Assembly: GCA_951406725.2 (NCBI GenBank)
Contig: OX597822.1
Span: 47,182,001-47,246,000, forward strand
Reading direction: 5' to 3'
From: Octopus vulgaris
Lineage: Eukaryota
Length of the DNA stretch: 64,000 nt
In this document: one piece after another, positions 50,633 to 63,772 of the stretch
Numbering within the stretch: position 1 is the stretch's first letter
How the letters are laid out: every line of letters starts with the position of its first letter
Notes under the pieces: generated by a model
What the model was told of the DNA's origin: nothing
Seen by the model: only the letters and a program-made list of their open reading frames with translations
Database searches by the model: none
Translations under genes and position numbers: made by a program

Positions 50633-53358
50633 GTGAAGTCTTTTGCATTATGTATCTATAATATAGTGTATTTACAAGTTTACTATAGCGTAATAGTTGG
50701 TTGATATCTAACCGAATAACTCTAATTCTCTGATGTAGTTAGTATAAGAATCAATCAAATAACTGCAACATCGAAATCAGACACAGTCTTCATGCTGGGG
50801 GAAACCTAAAACCTAAAACACATGGACAGCAAATAAGGGGTACAATCGATATGATTAAGCGCACACTCAAGAACGAACCCCAAAAGGGAACGTATAAACA
50901 ACTACATATCCATCACAATAATAACCATTTTAAATCTAAACGGACGTAGGCACCCGTCATCAGCTGCTCTATTGGAAATTATTATGGTTTCGACACCCTG
51001 CAGTATCGCTCAGGCCAAAACTTTACATAACGTATATATTATTGAAAACATCATTTAATAGCAAAACTTTGTTCACTTAAACTGTTAGAAGCCAAGTGCC
51101 CAATATAACAATGCAACAAAACAAATACGGATTAGATTATTTAAACTTAATTCACTTGCATGTAATCTGTTCTGTTGTATAAGATACCATAAATATTGTG
51201 AAGTAATTTTTTCTCTAGTAATTAAAGCCCTGATTATCTTTATTTTCAGGAATAGTGTACCCCAAACTACATTATGCAATGCGTTTTATTTTTAAACTAT
51301 TATGTGTGCTTTAAGTAGGAGTTTGTTAATTTTCTAACCGACTGAAACCACCCTGTTACAGGCTCTCCCCTTCATCGGCTCCAGACATGATCTTTTCTTT
51401 TTCTGAATGCAATGAAAAATGTCTGGAGTTCTCACTCTTTTTATCTGGTCTTTTGACAAATTTTCATTGCTAATTTTGTCAATTTTAACATATATCCACT
51501 ATTCAACTAATTTTACCCACTTGTGTTTCCTCTTACATTTACTAAATTCAGATCCTTACGGATAGGATTCCGCAAAATCAATGTCATACACGGAAATTAA
51601 TTCACTCGACTCCTGTTTTCCCTCACACCTACAAATATATGACCATCTGTCAATGTGTAAGCATAATTAATCAAAAGATTAATTTGCTTTTCATTTCAGG
51701 ATCGATAAAATAAATGTCAGATATGTATTGTATGAATTCAATTGACCATTTGCAGTCTTATTGCAAATATGACCATCACATTGTAGGTATCTTCTTTCTT
51801 GGGAAATTGCATTTAAAGGACTGACAGACGTGAATGTTATTCCTTTAAGTACAAATTTATTCAGTCTAAGCCTGATAAATTTACCGAGCAAAATCTTGGC
51901 GCTTAACTGAAGATATTAAAAGAAATGAATCTTGCAATATGCTCCATGTTGGGCAGGGGTAAATATCCAAGAGGACCAAGTTTCACTGTTAATCTGGTTT
52001 TGTGAAGGGCGCCAAAACCATTCAGCCATTGTTTCTCCTAGAGATGATAAATACCAATCATACATTCACTGAGAAGGTGAGCGAAAAATATCTTGGAGAT
52101 GCAATGAGTCGCCGTCTGTAAGCTGAGTTTAGATTTCGTCGCGGTGTCTGTGTGGGGGAAATGTGCGTTTTTACTTTCATCATTCCGGGGGTCGCAACAA
52201 AGTATCAGACACCTGTAGTCTATTTAGACGACCGTGTTACTGGAATTTGTGGCTTGTGCCTATGTTATTTCGAAAAATTCTTTTTGCTAGTTTCAGCTCG
52301 AGAGTTGCGGTCATGCTGGGGCACTGCCGTCAGAAACCGTCGATGGAGAAACCATAGGCAGTGGTTAAGGATCGGAGACGCAGAGCGTCATACCAGTGTC
52401 AGTTAATTGACGTACCCAGTTATGTATTAAGCGGTTACACTCTTCACCACCAAATTTGATGAAGGGTTACAGTCTCCTCTACCAAATTTAACGCCTTGTG
52501 ATGATTGTGCAAGCACTTTGTAGTTGCTTTATTGTCTCTTTAGGAAGCTGTTGGGTTTCGGCGTTGATTCAAGTTTTAGAATGTGTACGAATGTATATGC
52601 TGGTTTTGAACTTGCAGAAAACAAGTGAAGTCAGCTGTCTTATTTGTAGTGAATGTACGCGTTGTTGCAGGCGTTACAACTATTGCAAATAATGTGTACG
52701 AGAGAGGAGGAGGAAGATGTTGAGTGGTAGTTGTAGAGTTAAATGAGGATATGCTAGTGTCACTTGCAGAGAGAGAGAGAGAGAGGAGAAAGGAGGAAAA
52801 GAGAGGACAGAGAAATATAAGAAGAAAAGGCAGAGATGTCTAACTGTGAGGGGAGGGGGATAAATAAAGGAAGATAGAAGATATGAAGGTGAGGGAGGAG
52901 GCGAATGAAATGTAGGTGGGGAGAGGTAAGGATGAAATTTTCGGTGAGTGAGGATGGAGAGATAAATAATTGGGAAGAGTGAGAGGTAAACGAAAAGAGC
53001 GAAAGATAGTAGTAATGGGTGAGGGAGGAGTGTGTAAGAGAGTGTGTGTGTAGTATGGATAGAGAGGGAGGAGGGCGAGGTGTCGCGTAGAGACTTGTTT
53101 TGGCGGCTCTTGTCTCTGGAAAGTATGCAAAGTCACTGCGTATGGAAGGGGGGGGGGAGTACAAGAGGTGGTGGTGGTGGCGGTGAAAGTTCGAGTGAAG
53201 TAGCAAGCAGGTGGAATAATATATAGTAATATATAGTTTATATATATATATATACATACATATACACACACCTGAAATCGACTTCACCCCTCTCCGGAAA
53301 TTGTGACCTTGTGTTTGTTAGAAACTATTCTCATTGTTCCAGCAGTGTGTGTGTGTAT

Positions 53359-53427
<69 letters not shown>

Positions 53428-55144
53428 ATGTATGTAAACACGTGTTACACATACATACGCTGCCTTTCGATTTCGATCGTGATCAGGTGTGTTGTTGTTA
53501 TTCTCGAATGTTTACCTTCCCTCGGAGTAGTACCGAACCGAGGAGTTTGTGACGTTCGAATCCAGTCAGGTTGCACAACAAAGACAAGACACCTGATAGA
53601 GTACATGGATCAAACCGATCTAACGTAGCGTAGATGTCAATTGATACTTCGAAAATAGGCTTTCGGGGTCGGGCAAATTATGACCGCATGAACGAACGAT
53701 CAATAGTCTCACATATATGTGTGTATGTATATATATATATTACATATATTTGTGTGTCTGTGATTTATGTATATACTTTGCCCTATATATTTGTTAGTGT
53801 GTGAAGGTACTCACAAACACACGCATAAACATCTTTTGTTACTACAAACTGAAAGTAGAAATGTTGATTACTATTCAACATTGTCCAGGCGGGCGTGTCA
53901 AATAAGGCATATAACGCCTTAATATATATATATATTTTTTGGTTTATCAAAAACTTGTTCGGATTCAACAAGGGATATATTGCAATATTGCCAAAACGAA
54001 AGCTTTTCAAGTTTTTTTAATGATGTCCCCCACTCCCTCAAATTTTTTGCTTTTAATTTCTTTTTTAAAGAATGTCACATAGTAGAAAGAGAAAGAGAGA
54101 GTGTGTGTGTGTGTGTATGCGTGCGTAAATATGAATTGATAGAAAGAGAAAAAGCTATGGCGGTATAAAACGAAATCAACAGAAACAAAAGTCGTGGCGC
54201 ACTCACTATATGGCTGACTGAGGGAGTGGGAGGAAACGTGTAGAAGAGATACTGCATATAGTGAAGGAGTGAGAGGAAGCAGACATGTTGGCAAAGAAAG
54301 GCACATACACACACATATATATATATTTATAGAGAGAGAGCAATAAAAAAGGAGAAGTTGTAGTAAGAGAAAGAGGCGGAGGAAAAAGAGTAGTGTGACA
54401 ATATATTTAAATAGTTGACAGATGGAGGAAGAGGAAGGGAATAGAGTGAATTTAGAAGAGAGAGTGAGTGTGGTGTGTAGTTCATTGCTGCACTACATTT
54501 GTACGTAGCGGCCTGTTGTAATATATATTATGACTTGGCAGTAGCAGTGTGTGTATATGCGAGAGAGAAGGGATAGGGAGAGATGGTTTTTGTGTTGAAG
54601 TTGATTTTGAGCGAAGCACGGCTGATGTGAGAGAGAGAGAGAGTAATAAATGTGTGAAGAAAAATGCAGACAGGAAAGGAGATTAAAGAGGAAGGACGCA
54701 GAAAGAGAGAGAGAGAGAGAGGAATCTGTGAGGGTAGGAGGAGGAAGCGAACAGTAGTAGTTATGGAAGATTAGGAGATAGAAACTGAGTTGCATCGAGT
54801 GAGGTTGGGGAGAGTAATGATAGAAAAGAGTGATAGTAATGAGAGAGGGGTGATACAGCTTTGCTAACGAAACAAACCACTACTGTCACAACACACACAC
54901 AAAAACCTCACATACGCCATTTTTCTTTGTGTTCTTTTTCTTTACTATTGCAACTACTACTGATATTTATACTAGCACTACTATTATATTACTACTAATG
55001 CTATGTTACAACTTCTAGTACTGTGTAATACGTGGAAATCATGGCTCAGACTTTCACAGGGTGAAAAAAGAAAAATGCATATTCGTGTGAAATAGTAAAT
55101 TCTATGGTCAGCTTCTAAGTGTTATTTAGTTGGATGGTTTTCGC

Positions 55145-55175
<31 letters not shown>

Positions 55176-56792
55176 GTGTGTGTGTGTATTTTAAGTTAGT
55201 GTACATATTTATATAAGTTTTACAGAAAATTAGAGGACTTCTTAAAGGGAATTGATGGTATAATAAAAAAAAAAGTTAAATGTATATAGTAGTGTAGTAA
55301 AGCAGTGATAGTTTAATGTGTCATGCTTGCAACGGCGTCTTTTCACCACCTCCTCCCGTCCCTCTTTCGCAGTTTTCATTGAACACGTTCTCTCGCTGGT
55401 TTCCCTCCCTCCCTTTCTCTTGGCTGTATTTGTGAGCGCTTTCCTTGACTTGTTTTCCGTAAACTGGAAAATGACACTCGACAAACACTACACACATACT
55501 ATATTTGCAAACTAGTGGTTTGCTCCGTTTTATCTTGAGAATGATTGATAAAAAAAAAAAAAAGTACATCAATAAAGCTCACCCTGAATAGCGTTCTCTC
55601 CCAAACTAATGAAAACCAGATTTCGAAAACAGTACAAATTTGTATTTCTCTACACACCCACCTGTGTATAGAATACCTTATACGCACACATACAGAATGA
55701 ATGTTTTATGTATACGAAATCATGGGGAAAGTTTACCGACTCTAAAATTCCGTGTATAATCATTAGTTGGATATAGTGTCTTTGATAAGAAGTGTGATTA
55801 CATATAGAATTTGATTTATCTGTGTCGGCCCTGATCAGGCAGACGTTTCTCGAATTGTGCGTGTGTGTATTTGGTCTCCCGCCTCTCGATCACTGATATC
55901 GGCGTGAAATAATATAGATTAAATGGTCAATTATTTCTCCCTCGAAATACACGTAAAGATATGGTTAGTGTGTCTGCTAAAAGACATACTATCATTACAC
56001 ACACAGCTGAGTGAGTGTGTGTGTACAAGGAGTGCCAGAGAGAGTGAGCGGGGAAAAAAATAAAATATGCTGTATTGTAAAGTAATCCTTACTACTGCAT
56101 GCACCATGTGCGTTCTCTCCTAGCTCTCTGTTACCACTTACCACGCTATCTTGCTCTGTTTAAGATATATATATACGCACACATATATATTTGTGTGTGT
56201 ATATACGGCGTGCTTTTCCACAAGATATTTTAGTCAACCGCAAATGCTTCGAGTCTGGGAACGACGTTGTCATAAAACAAACTACTATATAAAAAAAAAA
56301 AAACCTTTCTGTCTTACACTCACACATTTATCTCTCTTTCTCTTCATCCTCGACGCCAGTGTTTATATTTCAACACGGTTTTTTTCAATCCGTCCGTTTG
56401 ACGTTTTATTTTACTCCTCTTGTGACATTTCACTGACAACAAAACTGCAGATTAAAAATGAAATAAGACCCAATTTTTACCGCCATGAAATTCTCTACTG
56501 ACTACAAAATACACAAACACTCATCTTTGCACAACTGTCTCTTCTCCGTTATTCGTATTTAAAATTTAACGTTTGTATATACAACACGTGGTCACGCAGA
56601 TTTGCACATTCCCCCCCCCCCCCACTTGCTCGCTGTCTTTCTTTTTACATGTTGCATGTGGACCTACACATGTGTAGATAACGTCTGTGTGTCTATCTAT
56701 AAAAGCATAGCAATATTTAAAATTAACCACGTGTTGTTTGTAAGAAACTGGGTCGCGTGTACATAAGTTGTCTGTATATGCGTATGTATACA

Positions 56793-56835
<43 letters not shown>

Positions 56836-56921
56836 AGAAAATTGGGGGTGGGTGATGAGAGAAAAAACCCCGAACAAAACGTGGTATTTTACAGTTTTTC
56901 GCTTCGAACTAAAAACATTAC

Positions 56922-56955
56922 CTTGTCTCTCATTATCGTCAGAAGCGCAGGCCAT
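56922..56955 (-). CDS. Candidate short first coding exon (MACASDDNERQ), phase-1 donor
   Basis: aaaATGG start context, donor AAG|GTAATG followed by T-rich sequence. Confidence 0.27.
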
Positions 56956-57165
56956 TTTGGCTCCTGGGGACCGTAACAAACGGTTATAGTTGTTCCCAAA
57001 TTGCAATAGCAAAATTTGTATAAAACAATATTGTTTTACTTTGTTCCAGTAGTCTGCGGATAATTTCAATGAACCATCACTGGTGAAACATCGAAGTTGG
57101 TGCCAACAAATTTCAAATTATTTTGCATGTGACTCAAGTCTTTGTTCGACGTTATATTTAAATAA

Positions 57166-57520
57166 GGCATATACAAGTGTGGCCCCCTCCGAATTTGTTT
57201 CCTTATACTTTTTTTTTTTTTTTTGAAAAATGGAGACTTTTTTTTTTGCAGTTAAAATTTATCGAAATTTAATGTATGAAAAAAATGGTAGGTGCGCACA
57301 CAAAATGAAACTTGAAACTTTGAAAAACTTATGTGATGTGTGGTCAGTATGTATGTGTACGCACCTAAGATTTATATATATATCTTTTTTTTTTTCATAT
57401 TAAATTTCGATATAGTTGGGATGTACTCCATCTAAAAGTTATTTGTAAGATATCCAATTTTCTGAAAGTTATAAGGAAACAAACTCGGGAGGTGGGGGGT
57501 CACAATTGTGTAGGCATGTC
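57166..57520. mobile_element. Old MITE with imperfect TIRs
   Basis: ctccgaatttgtttccttata / tataaggaaacaaactcgggag; inner pair tatcgaaatttaat / attaaatttcgata. Confidence 0.7.
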
Positions 57521-58564
57521 TTTCATAAATACTTGTTTCTTCTCTGATTTCCGATTGAATTTCATTTAACGGACGTTAACACAACAAATAAGTTTATTAG
57601 CTATTTCTGTTTTTCAACTTCTGCCTCTCTTTTCTGTCTATCTATAGATTGCAATAAGACATGTGAATATACACTTTCTTGTACGAGGCAAATTTGAATC
57701 TTGATGCGGAAAATGTTGAATCATTGAAAGTCCGGAAATTTTTTATTTTATATTTTTAAGAAATTAACTGAATCGATGGATTTGCGGTGTTTTAATTTTC
57801 ACTTGAACATTAGTGGCATAAGTGTGAAATTATTCAAATGAGCGAGAGTCGAAACCGGTTCGCGGACTCGACTGTTTGTCAAGATTTTGATTCTGGGATC
57901 TAATCCCTTGATAACCAATTTGGCAAGCACCTCTCAAGTCGCTATTTCTCAAAATTAGTATGAATATAGTAGCCAAACCAAACGCTCAGTTTTCCTAGCG
58001 ACCATCGCAAGAGGCTTTTAAACTTCAGGTAAAAGGGTTAATTGATTATATGGCGGCTTGCGTACGCAACTAGTCTTCTGGCAACCTCGGAGGAATGAAA
58101 GGTGAAATTGACTTCAGCGAGATGAACAGCTAGAACAAAATAACAACATGGAATAATTTAACCATCTTTCTTATTCTTGCCAATCAGCTTTTCTGGGAAG
58201 GAATGATGGTTTCAAACTTTGGCGCAAAGTCAGCAGATTTTTTTGGGGGGAGGGGGGCGGTAAGCTAATTGTACATCGGACCCCCCTCCTCATGCTCAGC
58301 TGGTCCTTATTTCATCGATTTCGAAAGGATGAAAGGAAAAGTCGACCGCGGCGAGATTTCAACTGGGAATGTGAAGGCGGACGAAATGCTGTTAAGCTTT
58401 TCATCCGGCATGCTGACGATTCTGCAAGCTCGTCCTTTTCTGTGAAAAAATAATGAAATGAAATAATACAAAGTTATAATATTTTGAGAGATTGGCTGTT
58501 TTATATTCTACACCAAAGTAAAACCACTGATATACATTATGCACGTGTGTGTGTCTATCATATA

Positions 58565-58799
58565 CAGGGTGTTCAAAAAGTCTCTCCGCAATGAATTTTT
58601 GTCATCCTGCGCATCACCATGTCGCTACTTCAAGAGTTTTTCGGTGAACGGATTATTTCGAAAGGACTTTGGCCACCAAGACCACCTGATTTAACGCCGC
58701 CAGACATTTTTTTTCTGGGAAGCAAGTAAAGGATCAGTGTACAAGAATCGCCCGAAAACCATTAAATACTTAATGCGGAAAGACTTTTTGAACACCCTG
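58565..58799 (+). mobile_element. 235-bp internally deleted Tc1/mariner-superfamily element (rosa/maT-like)
   Basis: 26-bp TIR cagggtgttcaaaaagtct(c/t)tccgca, TA TSD; internal peptide TMSLLQEFFGERIISKGLWPPRPPDLTPPD...VYKNRPKTI. Confidence 0.93.
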
Positions 58800-59334
58800 T
58801 ATAACTGGTTGACCTTTCTTTGAAGAAAAAAGCGACTGAAACGGCTGTCAGGGCACCATTTTTTAAAAGTTTTTGTTGTTGGATTGGACAGTGGTATATT
58901 ATAATCAAGTTGGATCGATGTAATAGTATTGATTCCCCTGTAGGATAAAGGACAATATTGATTCCTTGGAGAATAAACAGCAACAGTAAAAATCAATTCC
59001 TTTGGGCTTAGAAGACAAACTCCCGCCATCTGGTTTTTATATCGGAAATGCGGCCATTTTTGTATGGTTCCTCTCTCATTTCAAAAGAGCTATTTGTAAC
59101 GTTTGCGGCAAACTATGGTTATAAATCTGATCAAAAGTGTTCCCGCCATAACCATCTCACCCCCACTTTTTTTTCAGGTATAGTGTATCTAGAACTATAT
59201 TCTCTAATGCGCTCTCCCAAAATGTGATGTGAAGAATATTTGCTGTTCTCTATGTTGGAACTTATAAGGTTGAGTAGGCCTATCTGTAATCAAGTGTTCC
59301 ATCAATGAGCATCTTGTCTTTCTGTGAATATATA

Positions 59335-59675
59335 GCAGGCATGGCTGTATGGTTAAAAAGCTCGTTTTGTAACTATGTGGTTTTGGGTTCAGTCCCATTG
59401 CACAGCACATTGGACAAGTGTGTTCTATTATGTCACCGGGTCGACCAACGCTTTAAGAGTGAATTTAGTAGACGGAAACTGTGTGGAAGTCTGTCATATA
59501 TGTGTGTGTGTGTATTTATTTTTTCTACCTCACTACTTGGCCGGTGTTGGTTCCTTTACGTTCTCATCGGTTCGGCAAAAGAGAGTAGTAGGGTTGTGTT
59601 CAACCAAATCCTTGAAGGTAAATGCCCCAGCATGGCCGCAGTCCACTGACTGAAACTAGTAAAAGATGAAAGAGA
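59335..59675 (+). mobile_element. CORE-type SINE, diverged
   Basis: gcaggcatggctgtatggtt...gggttcagtccc...gcatggccgcagtccactgactgaaac. Confidence 0.88.
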
Positions 59676-60620
59676 CAAAAAGATTACATTGTTCAGCGTG
59701 TCCTTCCTTGTTTTATAGTCTGTAGTGCACGATCTGACGTTGGGTTGCACTTTCGAATATCTCGTACGACCGCCTTAGAAGCTCTTTGGTTATCTCTCAT
59801 CATCATCATCATCATCATCATCGGCAATAGTAGTAGTATGTGACGTGAAGTTGAATTACTGCATCGATATTTTGTGATGTTAATTCTTGAAATGATGAAC
59901 GTCAGAGTAGTTTCCGACGGGATTCAACTTAGGAACGTGTTCAAAGAATTAACCCCCCCACCACCGAATCAAAACGAAACACTTTATCCAACACCCTACC
60001 GTTTTTGCCACCGCTACCACAGCATCAAAACCACCTCTACCATCATCATCATCACCACCGCCACCGTCATTGTACGTTACCTAAAAACACGAGGAAACAT
60101 GGTTATAAGTAAAAAAAAAAAAACAAAAAAAACTCTCCTGTGTATCTGTACTTATCTTTTATTTTACACTTGTTCCAGTCATTGGATTGCGGCCATGCTG
60201 GGGCCCCGCCTTGAAAGATTTCCTGTTGAAACAAATCGACTCTAATACTTAGGTTGATTATTTTTTTTCTCTTTATTTTTTTAAAGTCTGGTACTTGTTC
60301 TATGAGTGTCTTATGCTGAACCGCAAAGTGAGGGTGACACAAACAAACCAACACTGGTTCTCCAGCGGTGGGATGGGGACAATCAGACACGCGCACATGT
60401 ACCAGTCATGGGAATCCCGCGGCCCGCTTCTCGTAAAAGGTCTTTCATACCTCGCACACACACACACACACATACATATACAACTCTTCCTACATAAGGC
60501 CTGGAATTTTGTGGATGGGTGCTACTCAATTACATCGACCCCAGTGTTCAACTGGTACTTATTTCTGCGCTCCCGGAATCATGAAAGTCGACTTCGGGAT
60601 TTAAACCCACAGCCAAAAGA

Positions 60621-60972
60621 CTTAGCGGTATTTCGTCCGCCGTTACGTTCTGAGTTCAAATTCCGCCGAGGTCGACTTTGCCTTTCATCCTTTCGGGGTC
60701 AATTAAATAAGTACCAGTTGCGCATTGGGGTCGATGTAACCGACTTAAGCCCTTTGGCCTTGTTTGTCCCCTCTGTGTTTTGCCCCCTATGGGTAGTAAA
60801 GAAATAGGTATTTCGTCTGAGCTACGTTCTGAGTTCAAATTCCGCCGAGGTCGACTTTACCTTTCATCCTTTCGGGGTCAATTAAATAAATACCAGTTAC
60901 GCACTGGTGTTGATGTAATCGACTTAATCCCTTTGTCTGTCCTTGTTTGTCCCATTGTGGGCAATAAAGAAT
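60621..60972 (+). mobile_element. Dimeric Nin-type SINE
   Basis: Junction aaagaaataggtatttcgtctg at about 60807. Confidence 0.92.
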
Positions 60973-61739
60973 TATATATATATTGTGTGTGTACGCACAG
61001 ACACGTAATACATACCTCGGGCTCACACACAAGTTTATAGTTATGTAAAGAAGGGAAAAAAAAACAACCCAACACGCATACACTTTACAGCTTCCTCATT
61101 TTATTTGGTATCCTCCTCCACTGCTGCTCACTGTCTCCTCATTCTCCCTAACATGGTCAATCATTACTCACCTGCTATGACTCTCTCGTGTTTTTTGTTA
61201 ATGCCAGGTGTAATGCCTTTCGCGCGCTGCGTCAAATCACAACGCTCCTCTCTCCACAGTTGGTAGTTCGCTTTATCGCTTCTCTCTCTCTCTCTCTCTC
61301 TTTCTGGCCGTCTTTCTACCTCACACACCCTCTTTCTCTCTATTTTGTGTTCAGCTATCTTGGCAATCTATCTTTCTCTCTCTCTCTCTCCCCTTGTCTA
61401 TCAGTTTATCAACGTATCTATCAAACGCCTAAAAACACAAGCCACTCGTGTATATATGTCTAGCATAGCCTCTCTCTCTCCCTTAACATTTTTAGACTTG
61501 AAACAGATTTTCAAATCTCCACTCCTTTCCGCCGCCGTACCTGAGTTTATCAATCTGTGTAAGCTTGAAGTACCTCATACCTGAAGTAGCTCATACGATC
61601 ACCTCTCTCATACCTCACCAAGCTGCCTCCCCCACACTTTTTATCGCGCGCACGTACATCAGCTACAGACGCTTTTGAGCTAATGAGAAAGTCTGCATGT
61701 TATTTCGATGTGCTAGAAATAGCAGCTAAATCGCAAATT

Positions 61740-62063
61740 ACGTGGTTCAGTTGCACCGCGCAGCGGCGCCTTGGGTAAGAGTCTTCTATAAACCTGGATC
61801 GACCAAATGCCTTGCCAGTAAATTTGGTAGATGGAAACTGTGTGGAAGCCAAATGTGTATATGTGCGCGCGCGCATTTGTTTGTTTGTCCCTTACTGCTT
61901 GACAAGCGGCTGTTTTTGTTTCGCCCCCCCCCTCTAAGTGATCCATAAAATAAGTACCAGATTGAAAAAAAAAGTGCTGGGGGTCGATTTGTTCGACCAA
62001 ACCTTCAAGGTGGTGCCCCGACATGGCCGCAGTCCAATGACTGAAGCATTTAAAAGATAAAAG
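61740..62063 (+). mobile_element. CORE-type SINE, diverged
   Basis: Same family as 15257-15667. Confidence 0.87.
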
Positions 62064-62505
62064 ACTACATAATATGATGTAGTCTGGGGTGCTCTGTCTG
62101 AAAAATAGATGGAATGGTCACGGCTAGTGCTCGATCAGAGCCGACTTAGTATATATATCTCTATCCATGTATCTGTCTGTTTTTATACTTCGCTGATATG
62201 CTTTTATTCCCAGCCGTGTAGTGTGTCATGTGTTCGTCTGTGTTATTTCCAGCTGGCAATGAAAGCGCCCCTCACCGCCCGCCTCGCTCGGCATCGGAAT
62301 CGAGACGGGAGTATTTTTAGCTTTTAGGCGCGCCTTTTTACTTCGAGTAATTTATATGAATGACTTTCAGTAATGTAAGTGGCGGTGATGGCGTTGACGG
62401 CGGCGGAGTTTAGCTTGATATATATATATATATATATATATATAATGTACATACACAGTATATACACACAGATATATACATATATGCACACGCATACAAT
62501 AATAA

Positions 62506-62547
<42 letters not shown>

Positions 62548-63153
62548 ACTTATAAATAACTTATAAATTACATTATCCTACATTAGATATATGTATATAT
62601 ATTATATATATATACATACACATGTATATGTACACACACATATACAATAATATATAAAGTAAATGTAAAGATAAGCGAGTTAGGCAGGTCAATGTACACA
62701 TATATACACACACATATATAATACACATGTATATCTATATAGTTCGTCTTTTGATTTGCTTTTAGTGCCGTGTTTTTATATTTATATATTTAAAATTCAC
62801 CTTTAAAATTCAGGTACGCGAACTATCATCCTATTTTACAAGTATTATAAACCGTAACTTGCCAACGTACTTAGACTCATATCCACTTCTGGTTCGCTAC
62901 CGCCTCTCCATTAATGTACGTTAAAGGTGCAGTGCTGTAGGTTGGTTGGTTGGCTGGCTGGGGAAGTTTCCAAGGGAACTAGCGAATGCGCGAAACCAGT
63001 TCTCTGATTAAATGGTCTTGTTTCTGTAAGATATGGGTTCTTTAGTCGTATCAGCTGTCTCCCCGTTGCTTTTAAGGCAATTAGTGCCTATGAGTCGTTA
63101 CTGAAATCACTTTCATGATCAAAAGGTGACTCTGTTCGTGCGATTTTTTTTTT

Positions 63154-63185
<32 letters not shown>

Positions 63186-63242
63186 CATGCATGCATACAT
63201 ATTACTTGATACAAACAGGAAAATAGAACTAAAAAACACTCT

Positions 63243-63474
63243 TTTATTTTACTTGTTTCAATCATTTGACTATGTCCATGTTGGAGCACCGCTTTTAGAC
63301 GAACAAATTGACCCCAGGACTTGTTCTTTGTAAGCCCAGTAGTTTTCCTATCGGTGCCTTTTGCTGAACCGCTAAGTTATTGGGACGTAAACACACCAGC
63401 ATCGGTTGTCAAGCGATGTTGAGGAGGACAAACACAGATACAAACATATGCATACATACATGCATATATATACT

Positions 63475-63509
<35 letters not shown>

Positions 63510-63660
63510 CGACGGGCTTCTTTTCAGTCTCCGTCTACCAAATTCGCTCAATGTTTTGGTCGACATAAGGCTATAGTAGAAGACACTTGGCCAAGGTGCC
63601 ATGCAGTGGGACGGAATCCGGAACCATGTGGTTGGTAAGCAGGCTACTTACCACAGCCAC
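63243..63660 (-). mobile_element. CORE-type SINE, full length
   Basis: Reverse complement of the 15257-15667 family. Confidence 0.92.
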
Positions 63661-63717
63661 AAATCCCTCCGAGGTTTAGATCCTCACCTGTACTTTGATC
63701 CATCCATCCATCTATCC

Positions 63718-63772
<55 letters not shown>

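Noticed and set aside
55321-55610. Exon candidates on both strands near 55.3-55.6 kb
   Set aside because: The plus acceptor near 55372 gives an immediate stop after the 47191 exon; the minus donor near 55582 has no in-frame ATG. Could be UTR but unsupported.
59783-59795. 13-nt match to the 5' end of miR-9 (TCTTTGGTTATCT)
   Set aside because: The match breaks into (CAT)n and there is no complementary arm for a precursor hairpin.
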